DNA of 34,345 nucleotides from a virus. Taxonomy: Duplodnaviria > Caudoviricetes. Shown piece by piece: positions 1-6,740 of the stretch. The position numbers and the translations under genes are program-made. Position 1 is the first letter of the stretch, and every line of letters starts with the position of its first letter. A model generated the notes under the pieces. It was not told the DNA's origin and ran no database searches. It saw only the letters and a list, made by a program, of their open reading frames with translations. The stretch is taken from IMG/VR virus record IMGVR_UViG_3300011335_000149, positions 1-34,345 of that record; one strand, 5' to 3'.

Positions 1-434
1 TGAGCGTCAAGCACCCTGTATGCGAACCCATACCCGAGGACTGCCAACCCTCCGAGGAGGGAACCAAAGTCCCGTCCTCCAGCGGAGGACAAAACGCCGG
101 GGACGTTTTCCCAGACCAACCAGTTGGGGCGATATCGTTTAGCAATGGCAAGATAGGTAAGCATGAGGTTGCCACGCGGGTCATCCAATCCTTTTCTGAG
201 TCCTGCAACTGAGAAAGATTGGCATGGTGTTCCTCCAACGAAAACATCGACATCTGCATCAGGCCACTCCTTAAATTTGGTCATATCGCCCAAGTTGGGC
301 ACGGTTGGGTAATGGTGCTTTAGCACTTGGCAAGGGAACGGCTCAATTTCCGAATACGCCACCGATTCCCAGCCCAATGGATGCCAAGCGACACTTGCCG
401 CCTCGATCCCGCTGCAAACACTAAGAAATTTCAT
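1..434 (-). CDS. 5' part of the C5 cytosine methyltransferase (duplicate of 33280-33713, cut by window edge)
   Basis: Identical to the 5' end of 32208..33713; ATG at 434. Confidence 0.9.
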   Translation of the reverse strand, partial: MKFLSVCSGIEAASVAWHPLGWESVAYSEIEPFPCQVLKHHYPTVPNLGDMTKFKEWPDADVDVFVGGTPCQSFSVAGLRKGLDDPRGNLMLTYLAIAKRYRPNWLVWENVPGVLSSAGGRDFGSLLGGLAVLGYGFAYRVLDA

Positions 435-595
435 TTTTTCATTTCTTCCAAAACATGGGCCTTGATGCCCGCAAACAAAGCATCTTCATCCATGTGTTGC
501 ACTTCGCGCCATGCCCATTCTTTCCAGGCTGGCAAACGGCATAAACGCACCATGTCGGCAAACACACGGGCGCGGATAGCTTCGGGGTCATACAC
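431..595 (-). CDS. Small hypothetical protein, 54 aa (MYDPEAIRARVFADMVRLCRLPAWKEWAW...EEMKK); not in the ORF track
   Basis: Translated by hand. The GTG start overlaps the stop of the replication gene and the TGA overlaps the methyltransferase ATG (ATGA), filling the gap exactly. Confidence 0.7.
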   Translation of the reverse strand: MYDPEAIRARVFADMVRLCRLPAWKEWAWREVQHMDEDALFAGIKAHVLEEMKK

Positions 596-947
596 GGCGA
601 CCACGCAATTCGTTTAAGCGTTTCCGAATGTGGTCAGGCATAGGTGCGGCTTTTTTGTCATCTTCAAAAATCTTTTGCAGCGCAGAATCAATCTTGGCGG
701 GCATCTCAGGCACTTCAGCCCCGTCCCAGCGTTGTTGATTAAGGTAAACCAAAGGCGCAGGAATGAATGCGCCGTTTGACTTTAGCCATTGTTCGGTGGT
801 CTTCATCCATTCAATGTGCTTGATGATTTGGTCGGCCTGAGTCTCGCAGTAAAACTTGACCCACTTTTTTTGACATTCAGACTTTGCGCCTTTGCGGGGA
901 GTCTTAGGGTAAGCAATCCAAAACTTATCAAATCCTGATTCAAACAT
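588..947 (-). CDS. Phage replication initiator-like protein, C-terminal domain only (119 aa)
   Basis: FDKFWIAYPK..KGAK...KKW and FIPAPLVYLNQQRWD match the C-terminal domain of lambdoid replisome organiser/O-like proteins. GGAGA Shine-Dalgarno precedes ATG at 947. Confidence 0.75.
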   Translation of the reverse strand: MFESGFDKFWIAYPKTPRKGAKSECQKKWVKFYCETQADQIIKHIEWMKTTEQWLKSNGAFIPAPLVYLNQQRWDGAEVPEMPAKIDSALQKIFEDDKKAAPMPDHIRKRLNELRGRRV

Positions 948-1189
948 CGCCTTCTCCATTTGCTTTTTGGTGAATGTTGGAGCAAAGCACAGCCTTACCG
1001 TGGTCATAACCAAAGTTCGCTCTGTGCCGTGACTTGCTTTTCGGAGCCATGTCATCGCATCGCACTAACCCAGACTGTTTCAACCACCGCGCTCTAGGTA
1101 TTAGCCCACGCTCCCTGCCTTGGCTTGCTCGTGCAGCAGGGTATCTCAGACGCAACCACCGACGTACCGCATTGCGTTGTCCAAAAGCA

Positions 1190-1345
1190 AAAACCCCGCA
1201 AGATGCTCTGTGGTCTTGGCTCTTGGCGAGAGCAACAACAAGACGATTGACGCTAATCAAAAATCTCGCTTGTCGTCTGACAAGACCACACAGTACCCTG
1301 CGGGGTTTCCGATTAGCGTTATCGCCTAGATGCCACTCTAGACGG
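1190..1345 (-). ncRNA. C4/CI-like antisense RNA: multi-stem structure with a complementary upstream target
   Basis: On the minus strand aaaccccgcagggtactgtgtggtcttg pairs with caagaccacagagcatcttgcggggttt (28 positions, 2 mismatches). It encloses stems gacgacaag/cttgttgtt and gctct-cgcca-agagc. Loop gattagcgt is complementary to acgctaatc just upstream of the stem. Confidence 0.6.
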
Positions 1346-1364
1346 GTTGGATTATGCATGAAAT

Positions 1365-1520
1365 TTAAGGGTTAAACCATTCGGGCCGTAAATTTTTAAG
1401 CTGCCACAGCCGCGCCCTTGGAATGACCGTCCATTGACTGATGGCTGCCAGGCTGATGCCCAACAACTCAGCCAGCGCCTTGCGTGAGCCTGCTTTGTCG
1501 ATAAGTTCCTGTTTGGTCAT
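1365..1520 (-). CDS. cro: Cro-like HTH repressor, 51 aa (MTKQELIDKAGSRKALAELLGISLAAISQWTVIPRARLWQLKNLRPEWFNP); not in the ORF track
   Basis: Translated by hand. The G-S-x-x-A-L-A-x-x-L-G-I-S-x-x-A-I-S-Q-W..P pattern is typical of N15/P22/YdaS-type Cro. First gene of the leftward arm. Confidence 0.88.
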   Translation of the reverse strand: MTKQELIDKAGSRKALAELLGISLAAISQWTVIPRARLWQLKNLRPEWFNP

Positions 1521-1526
1521 CCTGCG

Positions 1527-1619
1527 ATTGTAAGCTGTCTTATGAGGCTAAAAATTAGGGTTATCCCCTAGAAAATATTTTCATTTAGCTTGTTTTGCGT
1601 GGTTAAGCTGGCTTACAAT
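1527..1619. promoter_or_regulatory. Divergent sigma70-like promoters with operator-like palindromes
   Basis: TACAAT -10 boxes on minus (1527-1532) and plus (1614-1619). Each overlaps a near-identical palindrome: TAAGCTGTCTTA (1531-1542) and TAAGCTGGCTTA (1604-1615). Also TAGGGTTATCCCCTA (1556-1570) and GAAAATATTTTC (1571-1582). Confidence 0.7.
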
Positions 1620-1665
1620 GCATCTAACCCGCACACATTGCAGCGGTCTTTTTAGGAGTCAGTAA

Positions 1666-1836
1666 ATGAAAGTGACTTACATCGTAGAAGTTGTTTCAGG
1701 ACAACCATTTGTGCCAGGCGATAACCGCTTGGAATTCACTAGCCTTACCAACGCACTTAAAGCAGTCAACTTGCTTATCAAGCGCGGATGCCATATCCAA
1801 ATGTTTGCTTCTAATGCAACAGGAGAAAAAGCATGA
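1666..1836 (+). CDS. First early gene, hypothetical, 56 aa (MKVTYIVEVVSGQPF...GEKA)
   Basis: Translated by hand; TAGGAG SD; ATGA overlap with the next gene. Confidence 0.75.
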   Translation: MKVTYIVEVVSGQPFVPGDNRLEFTSLTNALKAVNLLIKRGCHIQMFASNATGEKA

Positions 1837-1925
1837 AAAAAGAAACTTGGGACAGCATCATTGTCCACGTTTGCATTGCCATCATCATTTTCACAATTGG
1901 TTTTTTTGTTGGAGGCGGCGTATGA
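1833..1925 (+). CDS. 30 aa single-transmembrane peptide (MKKETWDSIIVHVCIAIIIFTIGFFVGGGV)
   Basis: AGGAG SD; ATGA coupling at both ends; hydrophobic segment. Confidence 0.65.
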   Translation: MKKETWDSIIVHVCIAIIIFTIGFFVGGGV

Positions 1926-2098
1926 CACCAACACCCAAACTGCGCTTTGTAATTCGTTATGAGCCAACTCCAATCCGCATCCTTCAGCAATGGTGGGAAA
2001 AATCAATAACCATTAATCTTGGTTGGACTGGTGATATACCTTTGCGAAAAGCAGAGGGTGAATGGCGTGATGTACCACTTGAGAAAGAACAAGCATGA
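1922..2098 (+). CDS. Hypothetical protein, 58 aa (MTPTPKLRFV...ILQQWW...GEWRDVP)
   Basis: GGAGG SD; ATGA overlap; true start lies inside track ORF 1691..2098. Confidence 0.75.
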   Translation: MTPTPKLRFVIRYEPTPIRILQQWWEKSITINLGWTGDIPLRKAEGEWRDVPLEKEQA

Positions 2099-2289
2099 AC
2101 ATCATCGAATACACCTATGAGGGCGCAGAATTTGAAATTGCTTATGACGTAATTCGCTGTGATGACCCTAGAAAAGAATGGGTCAGCATTTGGTCTATCA
2201 AGCATAACGGCGTTGAATTCTTGGACATTTTGAGCAAAGACCTGATTCGCTACTTGGAAGAACAATTAGAAAAAACATTGGAGGACTAA
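2095..2289 (+). CDS. Small acidic hypothetical protein
   Basis: ATGA-coupled ORF, 64 aa, E/D rich. Confidence 0.75.
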   Translation: MNIIEYTYEGAEFEIAYDVIRCDDPRKEWVSIWSIKHNGVEFLDILSKDLIRYLEEQLEKTLED

Positions 2290-2499
2290 ATGGCCTATCA
2301 CGCATACATGGAAGTCGAATGGGATTTAAAAGACAACGGCGAATATGCCACCTTGGTGGTCGGTTACGAATACGACATGAAAGATGACAGCTTGACCGTT
2401 TTCTCTGTCATGCAGGACGGGTTGGAATGGGTGGACTACCTTAACACCGCAACCCGTCAGTACCTGTGCAAATACATCAACGAAAGGATTGAAAAATGA
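2290..2499 (+). CDS. Small acidic hypothetical protein, probable paralog of 2095..2289
   Basis: GGAGG SD; similar hydrophobic pattern to the preceding protein. Confidence 0.75.
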   Translation: MAYHAYMEVEWDLKDNGEYATLVVGYEYDMKDDSLTVFSVMQDGLEWVDYLNTATRQYLCKYINERIEK

Positions 2500-2684
2500 A
2501 CGCAATGGAAATCATCAAAGACTGTGAAGACCGCGCCCAGGCTTACAGCACCAACACCGCTGACCGGCTAGCCTACGAAGTTGGCTGCTTGCGGGCGCAA
2601 GTGCGGCATCTGTGCCAAGAAATGGAATACGCTGTGGAAGAAATCGGCAACATTGAAAAGATGCTGATGGGAGAGCGTGCATGA
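2496..2684 (+). CDS. Hypothetical helical protein
   Basis: ATGA-coupled chain; 62 aa. Confidence 0.7.
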   Translation: MNAMEIIKDCEDRAQAYSTNTADRLAYEVGCLRAQVRHLCQEMEYAVEEIGNIEKMLMGERA

Positions 2685-2917
2685 AATACTTGCTATGCCT
2701 TGCGCTGGTAGGTTGCGCCAGCGAACCGCCCATGACCGAGCAGCACCTAGTGATGGACAAGCAAATCCAACCAATGGGCCGCAACGAAGTCATTGACGCA
2801 ATCAAACAATGTGAAAAGTCCGGCTTGCGGGCAATCACGGTGTTTGGCAAACGCAAAATCAATGGCTATACCGCTGAAACCATTGTTGATGTAACTTGCG
2901 GCCCGAGGTACTACTAA
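2681..2917 (+). CDS. Small lipoprotein
   Basis: MKYLLCLALVGC signal peptide with a lipobox (LVGC); GGGAG SD. Confidence 0.7.
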   Translation: MKYLLCLALVGCASEPPMTEQHLVMDKQIQPMGRNEVIDAIKQCEKSGLRAITVFGKRKINGYTAETIVDVTCGPRYY

Positions 2918-3078
2918 TGCAAACAGACGCTACTTTTGACAGACCCCGTGAAGATTACGAATGCCCAATTTGTGGCAATGATTGCGGCGAAATGACGCGC
3001 CACACCGTTGACGATGTAAACGTGCTGTGGTATTTCACTTGTGAAAAATGTGGTGAAGACTTTGGAGGTGACTTATGA
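2917..3078 (+). CDS. Zinc-ribbon protein, 53 aa
   Basis: CPIC...CEKC; TAATG coupling with the upstream gene. Confidence 0.7.
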   Translation: MQTDATFDRPREDYECPICGNDCGEMTRHTVDDVNVLWYFTCEKCGEDFGGDL

Positions 3079-3680
3079 AAAATATTGCATCAGCGTTAGT
3101 ACGCGCCCAGCGCGGTTTTGCACCGGCGTTAAAAACGTCCACAAACCCGCATTTTCGGTCTAAGTATGTTGACCTTGCTGGTTGCATTGAGGCCGTTGTA
3201 GATGCCTTAAACGCCGCAGGAATAGCCTTGATTCAGCGCACATCTGAGGACAACACCGGCGTGACTGTGGAAACCGTGTTTGTCCATGAATCGGGCGAAA
3301 TGATGGAATGCGGAAAGCTGCACGTTCCTGCCAGCAAACAAGACGCCCAGGGGTTTGGGTCGGCTTTGACCTATGCGCGGAGATACTCATTGATGGCGGC
3401 GGCGGGCATAGCAGGCGAAGATGATGATGGCAATGCGGCATCCAGGCCATCGCCAAAAGTGTCAGCGACCAAGACTGACCTTGTGCCGCCCAGCCGCATG
3501 GCAATTGTTGCAGATGTTGCAGCAGCCATTGATGAGCGCATGAGCGCCAATGACCTTATCGGTGCGTTTGAAGAATATTTGGGCGTTACCGATGTGGAAG
3601 AAAAGACCGCTTTGTGGGGAATGCTTGACAGCAAAACTCGCAGCAGCATCAAAAAACACGCCGAATCACTTAAAGGGTAA
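3075..3680 (+). CDS. erf: ERF family single-strand annealing recombinase
   Basis: NPHFRSKYVDL, VETVFVHESGE, QGFGSALTYARRYSL, EDDDGN motifs. Confidence 0.93.
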   Translation: MKNIASALVRAQRGFAPALKTSTNPHFRSKYVDLAGCIEAVVDALNAAGIALIQRTSEDNTGVTVETVFVHESGEMMECGKLHVPASKQDAQGFGSALTYARRYSLMAAAGIAGEDDDGNAASRPSPKVSATKTDLVPPSRMAIVADVAAAIDERMSANDLIGAFEEYLGVTDVEEKTALWGMLDSKTRSSIKKHAESLKG

Positions 3681-3682
3681 TC

Positions 3683-3931
3683 ATGTCAAAAACAAAAATG
3701 GAAGTCACTTGTATCGTTGGAAGTTACACCAATGCCGAGGGCCAACAAAAGAACCGTTATCAGCGCATTGGATCAATCATCCAAACGCAAAAAGGCGAAA
3801 TGCTCAAATTGGATGTAATCCCGCTGAAAGAGGGCGGTTGGGACGGTTGGGCGTTTTTGAATGAGCCGCGCCCACGCGAGGACAAGTTTCAAGGTTTGCC
3901 AAAGGACAACGAAGATGACATACCGTTCTAG
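3683..3931 (+). CDS. Small ssDNA-binding-like protein
   Basis: Follows ERF; GSYT..EGQQKNRYQRIG core; acidic EDDIPF C-terminal SSB tail. Confidence 0.7.
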   Translation: MSKTKMEVTCIVGSYTNAEGQQKNRYQRIGSIIQTQKGEMLKLDVIPLKEGGWDGWAFLNEPRPREDKFQGLPKDNEDDIPF

Positions 3932-4211
3932 AAACACCGATCCGGTGACAAGCTGGATGGCGGCAGATCAGGCCAATGGCTTGGCTAAAGATCACGCCAT
4001 CATCATTGTTGATTGCCTACAGCGTCACGGGGCGTTGGGCAAAGACGGCATCATGCTGCTGTCCAAGTTGGACAAAAATCAAATCAGCCGCCGGTTGCCC
4101 GAATTGGAGCGCCAAGGGCTGATCAAGCAAACGGGTCAGTTGGTCAAATCATTGTCAAACCGACTTGAACGTGAATGGGCATTTCAACCACAGCAAAGGT
4201 CATTGTTATGA
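3915..4211 (+). CDS. Winged-helix (MarR-like) DNA-binding protein
   Basis: RNTDPVTS..AA N-terminus and ISRRLPELERQGLI..TG helix-wing pattern. Confidence 0.75.
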   Translation: MTYRSRNTDPVTSWMAADQANGLAKDHAIIIVDCLQRHGALGKDGIMLLSKLDKNQISRRLPELERQGLIKQTGQLVKSLSNRLEREWAFQPQQRSLL

Positions 4212-4345
4212 GATTGATTGAAACCACATTGGCCTTGATTGGCTTTAGCTGCACCGTAACCGTGCTGTTTTTTTGGATTGGCTACGCAACTTATTGCCCG
4301 CCATGCAAAAACGCAATGGCAATTTTTACGGAGCATTGCAAATGA
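4208..4345 (+). CDS. Small membrane protein, 45 aa (MRLIETTLALIGFSC...EHCK)
   Basis: Translated by hand; ATGA coupling at both ends; one transmembrane segment. Confidence 0.6.
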   Translation: MRLIETTLALIGFSCTVTVLFFWIGYATYCPPCKNAMAIFTEHCK

Positions 4346-4467
4346 ATGATGACGAATCAGATGGCGGCGGTCTTTTTATTGCTTTGGTAAAAGTAGTAAT
4401 TGCCGTGTTTTTCTTTTGTTTGTTTATGGCAGTAGTGGCAGGCATTGTGTGGGGATTGATAGCATGA
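4342..4467 (+). CDS. Small membrane protein, 41 aa (MNDDESDGGGLFIALV...)
   Basis: GGAG SD, ATGA coupling, long hydrophobic stretch. Confidence 0.6.
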   Translation: MNDDESDGGGLFIALVKVVIAVFFFCLFMAVVAGIVWGLIA

Positions 4468-4676
4468 TTCACATTCTTTACATCCCCGTTTTGTTTGTGT
4501 GCATGAATAACAATTGCGAGTTCATGCAAGCGCAAACTTGGTACAAGACTGAACAACAATGCCGCGCTGCGGTAGACGTGCAAAAAGAAAATTTGCAAAA
4601 GATGGCGCTTAAAGGCAACAGCATGGTCACCATGATTGAGGGCACTTGCATTACGTTGAAAGGTGGGATGTTATGA
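4464..4676 (+). CDS. Small Cys-containing hypothetical protein
   Basis: MIHILYIPVLFVC...C...C...C; ATGA-coupled. Confidence 0.65.
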   Translation: MIHILYIPVLFVCMNNNCEFMQAQTWYKTEQQCRAAVDVQKENLQKMALKGNSMVTMIEGTCITLKGGML

Positions 4677-4951
4677 AAACAGAAGAAGATGAGGCGTTTG
4701 AGGCCATTGAGCGCAGACAAGGCGGTTTTCAAGCCAAACGTGCTATGGCTGCGGACAAGTTGCAGGACGGTAAATGCAAGTACTGCGTTGACGGATGTAT
4801 TGCGTGTGATGCAAGGGCACAGCCAACGCAGGAGCCTATAGCGTATGTAACTGGAATGTCTTTTGGTAGGTTTATTGTTGAGCCGTTAAACCCCGCAATG
4901 GTTTTGCCTGTTGGCATGGCGCTTTATTCTTCACCGCAAGAAAAAACATGA
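4673..4951 (+). CDS. Hypothetical protein with CxxC-xx-GCxxC motif and QEPIAY...LY segment
   Basis: ATGA-coupled; the QEP(I/V)A...LY segment resembles common lambdoid accessory modules. Confidence 0.65.
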   Translation: MKTEEDEAFEAIERRQGGFQAKRAMAADKLQDGKCKYCVDGCIACDARAQPTQEPIAYVTGMSFGRFIVEPLNPAMVLPVGMALYSSPQEKT

Positions 4952-5583
4952 GTTACATTGTTGCGGCGTTGCCGCCATTGAAATGCTTTGTGCGGCGTGA
5001 GTTTTTGCACAACTTCACAAAAGGCCACGGCGAACTAGAGCCAGCGATTTGGGTCAGCATCAAAGCATTACGCGGGCAAGTGTTTAGGATTGAATCCTTG
5101 TTGCCAGCTTACGGGGCGCTGTACGACAAGCTACCCATCCATGCGTATGTGTGGAAAACTGACCACGGTAATTTGCCCATTGATTTTTTGCAGTTATGGG
5201 ATTGCATGGGCTATCGGTTTACGGTTGTGGAAAAGATTGCATTGCGTAACTTAGGCGTGAAGTTTTTAGGCAAAAACAAGCAATGGCATCATGGTCATTA
5301 CTTGTTCACCGTAGATTTTTGCGCCGATGGGCAAGACTTAGACACCGGCTTTACAGAACAAGCTGAAGAACACAAATCGTTTAATTTCATGCGCCTAGAA
5401 AACGGGCAGTTTGCTTGCCAACCAAACAACCGCTGTCTTTGGTATGACCAAAGCCTTGTGCCCGCTGAAACAAAATTTCCTGATTTTCAGGCCGCGCAAA
5501 CTTTTTGGACAGTTGATGGCACGCGCAAATGGAGTGCTGGCGACGATTGGTTTTACGACATCAAGGAGAAGAACGGTGATTGA
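4948..5583 (+). CDS. Conserved phage protein of unknown function, 211 aa
   Basis: Long coupled ORF with enzyme-like motifs GALYDKLP, LQLWDC, YLFTVD, EEHKS, GQFACQPNNR. Confidence 0.8.
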   Translation: MSYIVAALPPLKCFVRREFLHNFTKGHGELEPAIWVSIKALRGQVFRIESLLPAYGALYDKLPIHAYVWKTDHGNLPIDFLQLWDCMGYRFTVVEKIALRNLGVKFLGKNKQWHHGHYLFTVDFCADGQDLDTGFTEQAEEHKSFNFMRLENGQFACQPNNRCLWYDQSLVPAETKFPDFQAAQTFWTVDGTRKWSAGDDWFYDIKEKNGD

Positions 5584-5755
5584 TTATGCAAGACCCTGCA
5601 TGAACGCTGAAAAGGCGCTTAAAGATGCACATTGGGCCGTGTTGGACAACAAGACTGACTTGGCTATTAAATTGACCCAAGAGGCGCTTGTCGAAGTTTC
5701 TAAGATGCACGCTGCATTGGTGCATCAGGCCAGCATAGCTTCCGCTGCCAATTGA
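5576..5755 (+). CDS. Hypothetical protein, 59 aa (MIDYARPCMNAEKALKDAH...)
   Basis: AGGAG SD before GTG at 5576; last gene of the early arm, overlapping the endolysin 3' end. Confidence 0.6.
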   Translation: MIDYARPCMNAEKALKDAHWAVLDNKTDLAIKLTQEALVEVSKMHAALVHQASIASAAN

Positions 5756-6249
5756 ACATGGTTTACACGGGCAAGCCAACCCTTTAGAAACTTTTGCTGG
5801 CTAGGGTTGGTGGTTGCAAGACCTTGGTAAAACCGCTGTTTTTGGTCGGCAAAATTAGCAAGTAGCCTTTGCTTGTTGGTCACGGCAACTCTGCCCAATG
5901 TGCCACTACCAATCACGCCGTCATCCACCGCCCCTACAGCCCGCTGGAGAAACTTTGCGGCGCGGCTAACCCCTGCATTTACGGCAAAGTCAAAAACAAC
6001 GTAATCGACCGCTAAAGGCAGATCGTCGCCTTTTACTTTGTCCCAATACATGGCGCGGTAAAACGGCTTGACGGTTTCCTTTGTCAATGCTTTCATTTCG
6101 CCTGGCTTGATCTCACGCCCAAGGTAAGCACCCCATGCGCCAATGGTTACGCCAAGATTGGTTTCCCCGCCACGGTCGGCAGGATCATTGACATAGCCGC
6201 CCTCAGACTTGATGACGCGCTCAAACGATGTATCAAAGTTGTCTTTCAT
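5725..6249 (-). CDS. Endolysin, glycoside hydrolase family 108 with peptidoglycan-binding domain
   Basis: EGGYVNDPADRGGETNLGVT, FDFAVNAG, DGVIG..T and FLKGWLAR motifs. Confidence 0.93.
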   Translation of the reverse strand: MKDNFDTSFERVIKSEGGYVNDPADRGGETNLGVTIGAWGAYLGREIKPGEMKALTKETVKPFYRAMYWDKVKGDDLPLAVDYVVFDFAVNAGVSRAAKFLQRAVGAVDDGVIGSGTLGRVAVTNKQRLLANFADQKQRFYQGLATTNPSQQKFLKGWLARVNHVQLAAEAMLA

Positions 6250-6740
6250 TTGGCGGCCTCCGCTTGGCGCAACAATTCGGTTTTGGCTTGGCTGCCAGCA
6301 CTAGAGCCAAAGTAAAAGCTGATGATTCCCGTCCAAGCCGTGCCTAGCGAACCCAACATGATGTCAATTTGCGGGGCGTGCTGAATCTGACCATACATCA
6401 GGCCAAACAGGATGCCAAAGAATCCACAGGTAACGCCAAGCGCCATGACGGGTGGAATCCATGACTTGGTGGCAATCTGCATATCGCGTGCAGACTTTTT
6501 ATCCTCGGCAATCAGCTTGGCAAAGTCCAAATTCATGGATTGCGCTTGTTTTTTCAATTCTAGTTCTGCAAGCTGGATAGATGCTACTTGCTCGGCGGTC
6601 AGCTTGCCGCTGCTGATAACGTCCTGCACTTCATCAGGGCTGCATCCAATGGCTTTGGCAATAGCAGATACAGCCATGCCAGCCAATGGGCCACCAAGGG
6701 CTGTGGCAACCGTTGGAGCAATCGTTTTTAACCAATCCAT
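6246..6740 (-). CDS. Holin-like membrane protein
   Basis: APTVATALGGPLAG N-terminus, coiled region, two TM segments, YFGSS; adjacent to the endolysin. Confidence 0.7.
   Translation of the reverse strand: MDWLKTIAPTVATALGGPLAGMAVSAIAKAIGCSPDEVQDVISSGKLTAEQVASIQLAELELKKQAQSMNLDFAKLIAEDKKSARDMQIATKSWIPPVMALGVTCGFFGILFGLMYGQIQHAPQIDIMLGSLGTAWTGIISFYFGSSAGSQAKTELLRQAEAAK

Larger units (their letters stand above)
1..1066. repeat. Direct terminal repeat, copy 1 (identical to 33280-34345); circular unit genome 33,279 bp
   Basis: Sequence starting tgagcgtcaagcaccctgta recurs at 33280 and continues to the window end. ORFs 327..617/33606..33896 and 588..1055/33867..34334 are identical with offset 33279. 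Confidence 0.98.

Noticed and set aside
1190-1310. Cloverleaf-like element as a tRNA
   Set aside because: No T-loop GTTC, D-loop or CCA, and stem lengths do not fit a tRNA.
940-1375. ORFs 940..1359 (-), 1034..1375 (+) and 1120..1329 (+)
   Set aside because: No SD, Arg-rich non-protein-like composition, and they span strong RNA-like structure. Treated as noncoding, though not disproved.
1691-2098. 135 aa ORF in the track
   Set aside because: Better explained by three coupled genes with SD sequences (1666, 1833, 1922).
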